Below, in pieces: positions 17,768 through 32,063 of a DNA stretch of 64,000 bases. The position numbers were made by a program, and so were the translations under genes. Position 1 is the stretch's first letter; every line of letters begins with the position of its first letter. The notes under the pieces were generated by a model. The model was given only the letters and a program-made list of their open reading frames with translations. It made no database searches and was not told the DNA's origin. Source of the stretch: the human T2T-CHM13v2.0 reference genome, Homo sapiens; the NCBI RefSeq assembly GCF_009914755.1, contig NC_060928.1; one strand, 5' to 3'.

Positions 17768-18662
17768 ACAATGAGAACCCATGGACACAGGGAGGGGAAC
17801 ATCACACATCGGGGCCTGTTGGGAGATGGGAGACAAGGGGAGGGACAGTATTAGGAGAAATACCTAATGTAGATGACAGGTTGATGGGTGTAGCAAACCA
17901 CCATGGCACATGTATACCTATGTAACAAACCTGCACGTTCTGCACATGTATCCCAGAACTTAAGGCATAATTTTAAAAAATGGAAGGATAACAAGAATAT
18001 CTCCAAACAAATACTTGGAAACTAAACAACACACTTGTAAATAATCCATGGATTAAAGAGGAAATCTTAAGGGAAAAAAATACTTGGAATTGAATAAAAA
18101 TGAAAATATAACATATCAAATTTTGTAGGATACCAGCTAAATAGTGTTGAGGGATAAATTTATAGCAGGAAAAGCATCCATTAGAAAAGAGGAAAAAGTT
18201 TCAATAATCTAAGCTCCCATTGTAAGAACCTAGAAAGGGAAAAGTAATATAAATCCAAAGCAAACAGAAGAAAGGACATAATAAAGATAAAAGAATAAAT
18301 AAAATAAAAAATTAATAAAAATAATATAGATAAAAGATAAATCAATGCAATTAAAAATAGAAAAGCAATGGAGAAAATCAGTGAAAGAACTGGTTATTTT
18401 AGGAAGTCTCTAAAATTGACAAACATCTAGCAAGATACTACAGGATAAAAAGAGAGAAGACCCGAACTACCAAAATCAGGAATGAAACAGAAGCTATCAC
18501 TAGAGACTCTTCAGAAATCAAATGGGTGATAAGAGACTGCTATAAACACCTCTACACACATAAATTTGACAATGCAGATAAAATCAACCAATCCTTTTAA
18601 AAGTACAAATTACCACATCTAAACCAATATGAAATAAGTGAGTTGAAAAGCCCTATAACTAT

Positions 18663-19645
18663 TGTGATATTATGATACATATATTGGTTTTTATCCAGTG
18701 TTCCCGGCTAACTCCCATTGCCCTTGTTACAGTCTTTTGTTACAATGTTGGGGCACTTTAGGCCTCAGAAAGCAAAATCTCCCTCTCTAACCTTCTGCCT
18801 TCCTTTCCCCTGTTCCTTTTTCTCCCCAAGGCAGGAATCTTCCTCTGCCTTTCAGTCTTGGAGTTGACCATAAAGAAATCCTCTGACCTACCCTATCAGA
18901 TTGTAGACTATCAGACCTACATTTTAGGAGAGGTCCTGTCCCATACCCAGAAGGAAGAAATGCTACACAGAGAGGCCAAGAATCTAAATAGACGGGCCTT
19001 GCTGTGTTCCTCCGCTCAATTAGTGTTAATTCATATCCTCTTTTGTCCAAACACATTTCTACAGGATTGTCCATGCTTCAATCATTTCTATCCAATGAAA
19101 TCTCTACAGAAGGCCCAAGGGGACTGATGAGGTATGGAGAACTTCCGGACAGCAGAACATGTGGAGGGTTCTGGAGGGTGGTGTGTCTGGAGAGGGCGTG
19201 AAGGCTCCACACACCTTCCCGTATGCCTTTTCTATAAATCCCTTATCTATATCCTTTGTAATAACCTTCATGATATACCAGCAGATGTGTTTCCAAGTTC
19301 TGTGAAGTGCTCTAGCAAATTAATCAAACTTAAAGAGAGGGTCATGGGAACCTCAGTTTATAACCTTGTTGGTCAGCACAAGTAAAGCAACCTAGGGCTT
19401 GCAATTGGCATCTGAAGTGGGACCTCATCCTTTAACTTGTGGGACTGAGCCCTCAACCTGTGGAATTCTAATGCCATCTCCAGGTAGATGGCATCAGAAT
19501 TGAATTGGAGGGCACCCAGCTGGTATCCACGGCAGAACTGATTGCTCACTTGCTGGGGAGAAATCTACTGGTCACAGAAGTCTTCTATGCTGATTGTTTT
19601 GTGGTGTGAGAACAGAGGAAAAATAGTTTGAGCGCTTTCCACTCA
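18663..19645 (+). mobile_element. MER21-family solo LTR
   Basis: TGTGATATT start and MER21-like GGGACTGAGCCCTCAACCTGTGG; 5-bp TSD ACTAT. Confidence 0.8.
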
Positions 19646-19963
19646 ACTATTAAGGAATTGAATACATAATTTTAAAACTCCCCCAAAAGAAATCTCCAGA
19701 CCCAGATGGTTCACTGGAGAATTCTAAAAAATGTTTAAAAAAGAATTAACTCAAATTTTTAATAATCTCTACCAGAAAACAGAATAGGAAAGGATACTTC
19801 CCAGTTCATTATATAAGGCAGTATTACCCCGATACCAAAACCAGAAAAAGTACCGAAAAATAAAACTGCAGACCAATATCCCTCATGAAAATAGATGCAA
19901 AATTCCTTACCAGAATATTTGCAAATAATATTCTGCTATAGATAAAAATAATTGTATACTATG

Positions 19964-20227
19964 TGATATAGTTTGGATATTTGTCCCCACAGTTCAACAC
20001 AATTATTGTGTTGACCGGTGGGAGGTGGGACTGATGGGAAGTGTTTGAATGGGGGGCTCGGAGAAGTGCCGATCCCTCATGGCTTCGTGCTGTCTTTGTG
20101 ATAGTGAGTTCTTATGAGATCTGGTCATTTAAAAGTGTGTGGCACCTCCAATTCCCTTGTCCTTGCTCCTGCTTTCTCCACATAAAATGCCTGCTCCCAC
20201 TTTGCCTTGAGCCATGAGACTAATACA
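19964..20227 (+). mobile_element. Internally deleted MST-type MaLR LTR
   Basis: TGATATAGTTTGGATATTTGTCCCC...ACTAATACA. Confidence 0.7.
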
Positions 20228-21189
20228 TTGCTGGTGGGAATATAAAATGGTATTGCTACTCAGGAAAACAGTTGGACAATTTCTTTAAACATTAAACATA
20301 CAACTACCTTACAACCTAGCAATTGAACCCATAGGCATTTCTCCCAGAGAAATGAAAACTTATGCTCACACACATAAAAGCTGTACACAAATGTTTATAG
20401 AAGGCTTCTTCCTAATAGCCAAAGTCTGGGAAAACCTATGTGCCCTTCTAAAGGTGAATGGTTAAACAAAATGTGTGCTGTGTATCATACTAAGGAATAT
20501 CAACCCAGCAATAAAAAGTAACAAACTATTGATCCACACAACAACTTAGATAAATCTTCAGAGGATTATGCTTTTATGCATGTAACTTCACAGTATAAAG
20601 GAAATACAAACAATGTCTCCCTTCTCTAGTTTATTCCACTTACCCCAGTCCTCCTAGGCTTCTGTGAATTTCAGAAAGCAAAAACAAAAAAAAAAAAACT
20701 TTTTGTTCAAGGCGATTTAAAAAAACAACTTCACAAGATAGGGAGAATTGTGGTGTGCTTGTCACATGTTACCAGTGGTAACAATTTTAATGACAAAAAA
20801 ATCCACTAATTCCAAATGTATAAACATTTAAAAAAGCCAATAAAGAAAGGTTACATACTATATGATTCCATCTACATAACATTCTTGAAATGACAAAACT
20901 GTAGAAGTGGAGAACAGATTCGTGGTTGCTAGGTTTTCCTGAAGGGGTGGGGCAAGATGGAAGTGGCTATGGCTATAAAAGGGTAACATGAGTGACCTTT
21001 ATGGAGATGGAAATGTCCTTTTTTGACTGTATCAATATTGACCTCCTGGCTGTGATGTTGTACTATAGTTTTGCAAAGGAAAACTGGGAAATGTGAACTC
21101 TCTGATTATTTCTTACAACCCAGATGTGAATCTATAATTATCTCAAAATTAAAAGTTTAATTAGATTTTTTAATTAATAGCTAATAATG

Positions 21190-21420
21190 ACAATAGCCAA
21201 CATTTATTGAGTGTTTAATGCTAAGTGTGATCCTATGCAGTTGATCCATTTAATCCTCATAACCACCCTGTGGCATAGGTACAATCATTAGTCCCATTCT
21301 ACTGATGGTCAGAGTTATTAGGTAACTTGCTCAAGATTACATAGTTAATGTAATTAGTAGACCTGTGATTCAAATTCAGGCTGTCTGGCTCCAGAGTCTG
21401 ATCTTGACCGCCACGCTAGT
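21190..21420 (-). mobile_element. MIR
   Basis: CATTTATTGAG...ATTTAATCCTCATAACCACCCTG...CTGTCTGGCTCCAGAG. Confidence 0.75.
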
Positions 21421-21816
21421 ATTTAGGCAACTGTACATACCCAGCCTCTTCAGTTTTCCTTGAAATTCACGTCCATATTCCTGCTTGGCAACTGTTAGCT
21501 GGGAATCAGTAGCTGCTGCCCCCTTTAGGCAGGGCATTGTAATACATTTGTTACGGTCCCCACTACTCTATTCTAGAGTTTATTTTATTACTCCCTGTTC
21601 ACTTTACTCATTGATATTTATTTTACCTGTCAGATCCTGTAGGTATTTAAGTTTTCAGACTCTGGCATGCAACATTCATTACCTTGGGCTTGCAAAATAA
21701 AAAAGCCACGGAGAGAAAAATCACATTAAATTAAATATTTAAAATAAAAAGAATATTAAAACTATATTGACTTAAACCTAACACAGAAGAACAACCATTA
21801 GAATTAACATTAACTC

Positions 21817-22227
<411 letters not shown>

Positions 22228-22592
22228 TCACGTCCTTTCCTCCTGTCTCTGAATTCATCTAAATCAGAATCTCCAGTCACTTTACACTGATGAACCAACC
22301 CCAGGCCTCCAGGTAACATTTCCAAGGGAAGCTGTGATGGGCTGAATTATGTCCTCCCAAAATTCATAGGTTAAAGCTGTAACCCCCAAAGTGACTGTAT
22401 TTGTAAATGGGAACTGTCAGGAGGTAATTAAGGTTAAATGACATCCTAAGTGTGGGGTCCTAATCCAATAGGACTGGCGTCCTTATAAGAAGATAAAGAG
22501 ATTACAGGAGTGAGCCACCCTGCCCAGCAGAGGCAGGCAGATCATGAGGTCAGGAGATCAAGACCATCCTGGCCAACATGGTGAAATTCTGT

Positions 22593-24815
22593 TGCCAAGA
22601 CCAGCTTGGCTGGGGAGACCCTAACCCAGCGGCGCTAGAGGAATTAAAGACACACATGCCCTCTCCCTCTCCCTCTCCCTCTTGCTCTCCCCACGGTCTC
22701 CCTCTTGCTCTCCCCACAGTCTCCCTCTCCCTCTCTTTCCACAGTCTCCCTCTGATGCCGAGCCGAAACTGGACTGTACTGCTGCCATCTCGGCTCACTG
22801 CAACCTCCCTGCCTGATTCTCCTGCCTCAGCCTGCCCAGTGCCTGTGATTGCAGGCGCGCGCCGCCACGCCTGACTGGTTTTCGTATATTTTTTTTGGTG
22901 GAAACGGGGTTTCGCTGTGTTGGCCGGGCTGGTCTCCAGCTCCTAACCACGAGTGATCTGCCAGCCTCGGCCTCCCAAGGTGCCGGGATTGCAGATGGAG
23001 TCTCGTTCACTCAGTGCTCAATGTTGCCCAGGCTGGAGTGCAGTGGCTTGATCTCGGCTAGCTACAACCTCCACCTCCCAGCCGCCTGCCTTGGCCTCCC
23101 AAAGTGCCGAGACTGTAGCCTCTGCCCGGCCGCCACCCGGTCTGGGAAGTGAGCGTCTCTGCCTGGCCGCCCATCGTCTGGGATGTGAGGAGCCCCTCTG
23201 CCCGGCTGCCCAGCCTGGGAAGTGAGGAGTGCCTCTTCCTGGCCATCATGTCTAGGAAGTGAGGATCATCTCTGCCTGGCCGCCAATCGTCTGAGATGTG
23301 GGGAGTGCCTCTGCCCCGCCGCCCCATCTGGGATGTGAGGAGCGCCTCTGCCCGGCCGAGACCCCATCTGGGAGGTGAGGAGCGTCTCTGCCCGGCCGCC
23401 CCGTCTGAAGTGAGGAGCCCCTCTGCCCGACAGCCGCCCCATCTGAGAAGTGAGGAGCCCCTCCGCCCGGCAGCCGCCCCGTCTGAGAAGTGAGGAGCCC
23501 CTCTGCCCAGCAGCTGCCCCGTCTGGGAAGTGAGGAACGTCTCCATCCGGCAGCCGCCCTGTCTGGGAGGGAGGCGGGGGGCAGCCCCCGCCCGGCCAGC
23601 CGCCCCGACCGGGAGGGAGGTGGGGGGCCAGCCCCCGCCCCGCCAGCCGCCCCGTCCGGGAGGGAGGTAGGGGGGCAGCCCCCGCCCGGCCAGCCACCCT
23701 GTCCGGGAGGGAGGTGGGGGCCAGCCCCCGCCCGGCCAGCCGCTCCGTCCAGGAGGGAGGTGGGGGGCGCCTCTGCCCTGCCGCCCCTTCTGGGAAGTGA
23801 GGAGCCCCTCTGCCCGGCTGCCACCCCGTCTGGTAGGTGTACCCAACAGCTCATTGAGAACGGGCCATGATGACGATGACGGTCTTGTCGAATAGTAAAG
23901 GGGGAAATGTGGGGAAAAGATAGAGAAATCAGATTGTTGCTATGTCTGTGTAGTAAGAAGTAGACATGGGAGACGCCATTTTGTTCTGTACTAAGAAAAA
24001 TTCTTCTGCCTTGGGATCCTGTTGATCTTTGACCTTACCCCCAACCCTGTGCTCTCTGAAACATGTGCTGTGTCCACTCAGGGTTAAATGGATTAAGGGC
24101 GGTGCAAGATGTGCTTTGTTAAACAGATGCTTGAAGGCAGCATGCTCGTTAAGAGTCATCACCACTCCCTAATCTCAAGTACCCAGGGACACAAACACTG
24201 CGGAAGGCCGCAGGGTCCTCTGCCTAGGAAAACCAGAGACCTTTGTTCACTTGTTTATCTGCTGACCTTCCCTCCACTATTGTCCTATGACCCTGCCAAA
24301 TCCCCCTCTGCGAGAAACACCCAAATATGATCAATAAAAAAAAAAAAAAGGAAAAAAAGACACACATGCAGAAATATAGAGGTGTGAAGTGGGAAATGAG
24401 GGGTCTCACAGCCTTCAGAGCTGAAAGCCCCGAACAGAGATTTACCCACATATTTATTAACAGCAAGCCAGTCATTAGCATTGTTTCTATAGATATTCGA
24501 TTAACTAAAAGTATCCCTTATGGGAAACGAAGGGGTGGGCCGAAATAAAGGGGTGGGTCTGGCTAGTTATTTGCAGCAGGAATATGCCCTTAAGGCAGAG
24601 ATCGCTCATGCTACTGTTTGTGGTTTAAGAATGCCTTTAAGCGGTTTTCTGCCCTGGGCAGGCCAGGTGTTCCTTGCTCTCATTCCGGTAAACCCACAAC
24701 CTTCCAGCCTGGGCGTTATGGCCATCATGAACATGTCACAGTGCTGCAGAGATTTTGCTTATGGCCAGTTTTGGGGCCAGTTTATGGCCAGATTTTTGGG
24801 GGCCTGTTCCCAACA
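22593..24815 (-). mobile_element. MER9a solo LTR (HERV-K HML-3), split by SVA
   Basis: Sense start TGTTGGGAACAGGCCCCC...TGGCCATAAACTGGCCCCAAAACTGGCC; 6-bp TSD TTCTGT/CTCTGT. Confidence 0.92.
22660..24355 (+). mobile_element. Full-length SVA (SVA_C-like)
   Basis: CCCTCT hexamers, Alu-like region, GC-rich VNTR (~23110-23830), SINE-R, AATAAA and poly-A. 14-bp TSD AAAGACACACATGC at 22646-22659 and 24356-24369. Confidence 0.96.
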
Positions 24816-24884
24816 CTCTGTCTCTACTAAAAATACAAAAATTAGCTGGGCTTGGTGATTTGTGCCTGTAATCCCAGCTACTCA

Positions 24885-25112
<228 letters not shown>

Positions 25113-25249
25113 TCAGGAGAAATCAAACACCTTGATCTTGGACTTCTAGGCTACAGAACTGTGAAAAAATGTGTTTCTGTGGCCTTAGCCACCCAGTCCA
25201 TGGTATTTTGTTATGTTTGATATAGCCCTAACAGACTAATGCAACAATC

Positions 25250-25960
25250 CTCGACAGATAGGGGACAACCTGATGTTTATATATAAGGTTTACACCTCCA
25301 GTCCTTCAAGTGGAAATTCTGAAAGGCACTTAGTATGCTGCTCAGGAGGTTTCAGCAGAATCAAAGCTCTGTGGCACAGTGCATTCACTCCATAATCCAT
25401 AACACACCCTCATAATGGCATGACCTCCTTCCCTGGCTTACTCCCCCTCCTATCTCATGCCTGCTTTCTGGGATCTCCCTTACTACTGGACACATAGAAG
25501 TCCTTAACTCAAGCTCTGCTTCTGGGGGAATCCAACCTAAAACAGAACCTGCCCCTAGACTGAAAATAGGGTCTGGAGTTTGGAGGGACTTGTAGGAATG
25601 GCAGCTTTTAAGGCCCCCACTCAAATGTGGTTCCAAATGAGCTCTGAGAGGCACCAAGCAAAGGTCTACTTCATTTACCACAGTCTTGCCCACCAGAGTC
25701 CCAGCGACCAGCAGCCACATCAGGGAGAAGAATCAATGGAAATGAAGTCTGTCCATGGACTAAGTATGGGCCCCTATGTTCCTGGAACTGTGTAAGCCTG
25801 TGATTCTTGTAGGATTCCATGCAGGGGAGTAAAAGGGCTTGAATAATAACTGAGATTTGATTTCCTGCAAGATATGCAAAAGAGGGCTCAAAGTGGGTGA
25901 CATACGGCTTAGAATAATAAGGAATATAACCTGTCTTACACTCTGGTGTTATGAACTCAG
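25250..25960 (+). mobile_element. Old ERVL LTR (LTR16-like) 3' part with possible internal sequence
   Basis: CTCTGCTTCTGGGGGAATCCAACCTAAAACA resembles an LTR16 terminus. Confidence 0.45.
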
Positions 25961-27143
25961 TGATAGCTACAACTGATTACATAAGAAACTGAGAAACTGA
26001 GATCAAGGCATGTTCCATGCCATCTCCAGAGGTCCCCGCCCAGAAGTGCTCAACCAAATTAATTCCAAATTAAGGAGATTTTGTATTACATGTGTTTATA
26101 AAATGGAAGAAATTTTTGCCTCTTCCCTTCCCTTTTCCTCTAAGACTAATTTAAATACAAGTAATTTAAAAGTTAGGAACTTCCTTTTGCTGTGTTTGTT
26201 TTTCTAATAGTGCATGTGTTTTCATCTCATTGGTAACACAACATCATGACCAAAACCAAGCTAGGCTCCCTTAGTTCAACTTATTTCTTGGCTTCTGAAC
26301 AATAGTGGTAACAAAGCCCACAGGAAAATTTGGCCTTCCAGACACATTGTTGTGATGATTAGGAAATATGCTAGAACTGATGGCTGCCCTCTGAATCATT
26401 TTTAAGAGGTAAAAATTAGTATCTTTTTCCTTTAAAAGGAATTTCTTTCTCTCTTTGCAAACTTTGAGTTTCTCTGTTTTGAAGTTTTCAGATATGGACT
26501 ATAAACTGTCTTCTGTGGGGTTTCTTCTTAATTGCCTGCAAAATTTCATGAAATTAGCACCTACTGTATACCTTCTTGTGTCTAGCTAGGAGACTCTCAT
26601 CACATTGTTGAGTGAGTGAATAAATGAATACATTTCACTTTGTGGAATATGAGCTAATGAACTCAATTATACTTTCAAAATAGCCTTTTATCCTATGTGG
26701 CTGAGGCTGTCTGCTCTTTGTAATTTCCTGCTTTGTTAACTTTAACAGAAAAAGAAACATCTTAAGACTTGTACCCTATCTATTGAACATCCTTCCATCA
26801 TAATGCAACTCAATCAACTCTTCTGAGGCTGATAGAAACATTCGAATGGACAACTCAGGATATTACCAGCTCCTATCATGGATCCTAAGTGTAGGTATTT
26901 TGATTAAGTGTCAAATGGCAAAGTAGCATGAGAATTTGACTGCTTCAGGTATAGGTAAAGTTAGAGGGGAACAGTGAGGGACAGAGAAGTTAGCTTCCCT
27001 CCTTCCTTGAATGACCTAGAGCTAGCTAGCTCCTGAGATCATAGAGAAAATAAACCCCCCGCTGTGTTTAGAATGAAATAGAAAAGTTCAGAATTCACAA
27101 TAAAAACCAGCGAGTCATATCATAATATAGGTATGTACATATA

Positions 27144-27328
27144 TCAATGGTTTTGTTCAAAGAATATTAAGTGAACAGTCACAATGATGTCAATGGTTTT
27201 GTTCAAAGAATATTAAGTGAACAGTCACAATGATGTCAATGGTTTTGTTCAAAGAATATTAAGTGAACAGTCACAATGATGTCAATGGTTTTGTTCAAAG
27301 AATATTAAGTGAACAGTCACAATGATGT
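27144..27328. repeat. Perfect minisatellite, 4 x 46 bp (TCAATGGTTTTGTTCAAAGAATATTAAGTGAACAGTCACAATGATG)
   Basis: Identical copies start at 27144, 27190, 27236 and 27282. Confidence 0.98.
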
Positions 27329-27681
27329 ATAGAACAAATTTCAATTGCTATATTTACAAATCCACAGACCTACTATATTAATACATTTTTTAAATTTACT
27401 CACTTCTTTCACTTAAATCCACTTAGTAAGGAAACCGAAAGTGCAAAGATGTGTTATTTCCTCCCTCTACCTCGTCCACTTTCAATCTCGACCTCCGACT
27501 CAGCCCCAGGCACTCAGCACCTAGCTCCTTCACGCATCCCCCTGCTGTTGGCCATCAGATAAATCCTCCTCACTCAGCTTGGGCTAGAGCTTTCTCTAGT
27601 GCTCCCAGGTGTAACTCCCAGCATGCTGTGGGAGTGGAATGTTGTGATGGACAGGAGCTCTGCCAAGTGGTCTGTCCAGAG

Positions 27682-27995
27682 CAGCAGCTATCCAATATAA
27701 ATATAAGATGAGCCACACATGCAGGCCACATGTGTAATCGAAAGTGTTCTAATAACTACATTGAAAGAGGTAAAAAGAAATAGGCAAAATTAATGTTAAT
27801 AAGGTATCTTATTTAAACCAATTTATCCAAAATATTATCACTTCAACATGTGATTGGTACAAAAAAATTATTAAGATGTTTTACCTTCTTTGTACTAAGC
27901 TTTCACATTTTTGTGTATATTTTATACCTACAGCACACCTCACTTTGGATTCATCACTGTCAAGTGATTAATAGCCATGTGTGACTAGTGGCCCC
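27682..27995. mobile_element. MER33 (hAT-Charlie)
   Basis: TCCAATATAAATATAAGATGAGCCACA...ATAGCCATGTGTGACTAGTGGC. Confidence 0.75.
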
Positions 27996-29017
27996 AGATC
28001 TAGAGCATACCATGGTAGTACATTCACAGAAGGGTGAGCAGGGAAAACAGCATTATGTTAAATACTCCCAGGCATCACACTTTGGAAAACACTGCCATTG
28101 GCGTTTCCATAGCCTGAGTTCATGATATAAAGGGATCCCTAGTCATTTTATATTAAATGAGATTCCTTAATTGACCCTAAAATTGCCCACAACCTCTTCA
28201 GAGAGATTGATTACCCTGTCCTAGGAAAGATCTTTCATACTGCAACAGATGCATCTAGATTCATCGTGGTCTGAATTGCCGTTCCTTTGGGCCATTGCTG
28301 AAACTAAGAAAAACTCTGAACTGGCAGCATTTGGTTAGATAATGGTTTCTGTTTTCCCTTCTATCTCCTGGCAAGTTTTGCAATTTTACAATCCAAAGCT
28401 TTCAAAGCTGTTGGTTGTCAATTAGCTGCTCCTATGGTATTTATACTGTACTCTAATTCTCATTTCAGGCCATGTGCATAGTCAACATGGAGTGTGAAAA
28501 AGACTATTTAAAGCATATATCCATTTTTTAAAGTTATCCTCACTACATGTAAAAATAGCATACACCCTGTCATCTTGAGTGAGAATTGTTTAGACTAGTC
28601 ACACAGCTCTGCTATCTGAATCCACTAGGCCACAGAATTGCTCAACTCTGTTTGCCATTGACAATATAGGTCTGCTTAATTATGCATGTTCTGTTTTGTG
28701 TTTCAGTTTTTCTGAAAATAAAGGATATGAAAAATAACTGGTTATTTTTTTGCCATCTGTAGGCCAATGAGTTATGAAATCATAAAATAGAATTTCATAA
28801 AATAGAATTATAGATGATGAAAGGATTAGTGGCTCTTCAGGCAAAATCTGTCATATTTTAGATGAGGATAGTTCTTTTAAAAATATCTACAAGTCTTGAT
28901 CTGGATTTTAATCCAGAGATTTTTGAAAAATAAAGATATTTTGAATTATTTATATTCTTAAGAAATAAGTAAAATAATTTTAACATCTCCCTAACTTAAT
29001 ATATTTGCTTAACAATC

Positions 29018-29334
<317 letters not shown>

Positions 29335-31354
29335 TGAATCTCCCAGGTGCAAAGAAGACTGATAGATACAGAGACCATAAAAACAAACAATTCGATCCCT
29401 GTTTATATTTATTCTAATACATTATGATGGCAGATTACATGATTTGTAATGCTTTCAATAAACATCTAATAATATAGCTAACATGTTATTTATAATACAT
29501 AAAGATACTTTTGTGGTTAACCACAGTGATGACATTAGTTAAATAACAAATTTAAATTTCAGCCAGAAATAAAGGCATTATAATAACATAGCAGAAGAGA
29601 TTTAATGACAAATAGAAGGAAGACTTCCTTATGAAAACACTAGAAGGGCTTACCACAGGAGAATGGGATCTTTATCTATAAATTTAGGTTATTTCTTCAT
29701 TATTCAAGGTCTGTTCAAGGAAATGTACCTGCAAGCAATAAAAGACCTTTCTCTATTTGTTTTAGTAGATTAATTTTTCGTCTACTTATGAAAGTAACCA
29801 CAAGCATTTTGGAAAACACAGAGATAAAATCTCACTCCAACCCCACCATCTAAACATAGCCAAGATTAGCAATTTAGTATTCTTCATCCCTGTCTTATTT
29901 TGTTTATAGACAGTTTTATTTTATATTTTATATAGCTTTAATCATGGTATAAATACATTTTTCCTATTCTTCACTTCCTGTGACATAATTGTTGTTTCAC
30001 ATAAAACGTAATATTTGGAAGATATGAGATGCAATGATTTTGTGAGGTGTTAGTCCAATTATTTTATTCCCCACCCCACCATTATTCATGGCAATCTCTC
30101 CCATTTGGGCTGCAGGACAAGAGGCCACCATCTAGGTGGGGTCAGGCAGTGGTCAGTTCTGGGGGTGAGAATAAAGATGCTGAAGTCTAGCTTTTTAAGT
30201 TTATAAGGAATATCCAGATGTAAGGCTATAAACAAAAATGTGAAAGCAAGTGCATCCACATCCCCATCACCAAAAACCAAATGAAGGAACAAACCTGTAG
30301 AGGATAGGGAAGAAAAACTGAAGGGGAATCCATGGGGTTTAAGAACTGGTCACCTCCTTCAACTCTCACATTTCAGTTCATGTTTGTGTGGGGCTAGGAA
30401 ACAAGTATTGGCAATGGAGCTCCTCCAGGGAGATTTAGGGGCCTCTGGTAGAGTATAATGTGCCTTCATGATCCTGACTGAAATTCTGGCAGTTCCAGCA
30501 AGTCATGGAGAAGTTGAGGAGAAGACTAGAAGGGGATAGTAGAACTCTGCCAGATCCAAGATTCCCACAGACCTCAAGAACAATGTTTACTTGAATATTG
30601 CCAGGCAATGAACTCCAGCGAACAAGTGTGGGATGGCTTGGAGCAAGCTGGGATTCTAGGCAAACGGGTCAGCAGCGGATGGTTCCTCCTTCGCTGAACA
30701 TTCTAAAAAGACATGCGTGAACCAGGAAACAGCTAGGGACACTGTGCTAGCCATCCTCTAGGAGAGGGACCCCATTCCCTCTATTGCACTCTCTCTTTAA
30801 GCAAAGTGATTATGAAAGTGGCAAATGGACTGCTTGGACAGTCTGAACTTAATTGCCAGCTATTTTGGGGAGTGCTGAGAAAGCTGGCTGCCCAAAATCT
30901 GGAGACTTTGTGGGAAGATGAGTTTAGATGCAGGGCCTCCTGCTGCAGAGAGAGGGGATCCCTAGTTCTAGCCATTCTCATTTCTGGGTCTCCAAAGTCA
31001 TTTATCAAGCATATTTGTCTGCACAAATATCCGAGGTTTAATACTCTGTATATTTGTTTGTAATTCAGGCATCACAAAATTCTGAACTTGCTATGTAGCA
31101 TATGAAATTGCTAATGGAAGATTGTTTATTTTTTTAAAAAGACTAGAAGTCTTTAAATTTCTGGCACAGACAGGCACTCAAATATTTGTTGAATGAGTGA
31201 ATGTAAGGATAATAGAATATAATAAATTCCATTTGGGATCAGATTACTAGGCTATCTAACATTTATGATGAATCCAGTTCATGAAAAAGTGTTACTTAGT
31301 GAAATAATTATATATACTTAACCTCAATTTTATTTTTGATTTAATTTTAATTTC

Positions 31355-31648
31355 TTTTTTTTTTTTTGAGACAGTCTCGCTTTGCTGCCCAGGCTGGAGT
31401 GCAGTGGCATGATCTTGGCTCACTGCAACCTCTGCTTCCTGGGTTCAAGCAATTCTCGTGCCTCAGCCTCCTGAGTAGCTAGGACTACAGGCACACACCA
31501 CCACCCCTGGCTAATTTTTTGTATTTTAGTAGAGACGGGGGTTTCACCATCTTTCCCAGGCTGGTCTTGAACTCCTGAGCTCAGGCAGTCCACCTGCCTC
31601 AGCCTCCCAAAATGCTAGGATTACAGGCATAAGCCACCACACCTGGAC
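31355..31648 (-). mobile_element. Alu (old S/J)
   Basis: Full dimer. Confidence 0.93.
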
Positions 31649-32063
31649 CTCAGCTTTAAAAGTCAATCACTGTTCAATTATCCGTGAATTTATCTAAACA
31701 TTTTTTATTTTATATTATAATTTCAGACTATAGAAATTTTAGGGATAACAATTCTCAAAAGTTTATATTTTAATGAAAAAATATACTTCTGTTCAAAAAC
31801 TGCCTTCTTCATGTATTACTGATTCCTCCAATGATCTGGGAGTGTGTGGGGAAAAAAGTATTTTCTTGAATGTATTTTGCAATAATTTGTGGAGAAGTTT
31901 TTAAATTTATTTTTCATCTTCATGTAATGCTAGAAATGTCTCACATTAATGGTTACCTAGTGCATGGTAGAGACTTCTTCTGGACAATACTCTAGTAAAT
32001 GGATGCTAATGGATCAGCGGTCCATTGAAAAACATTAATAAGCTTGATATGCATTGTCTACAA

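Noticed and set aside
23058-23870. ORFs of 126-262 aa in the SVA
   Set aside because: Products of the GC-rich VNTR; typical of SVAs.
26342-26408. Plus-strand exon-like segment (TTCCAG|...GAG|GTAAAA)
   Set aside because: Weak splice signals, no supporting ORF or neighbouring exons.
27144-27328. CRISPR-like array
   Set aside because: Units are contiguous and identical with no spacers; no cas genes; human context.
28214-28300. Minus-strand exon-like segment (TTTCAG|...GG|GTAATC)
   Set aside because: Stops in all three frames and no partner exons, so it is not a coding exon.
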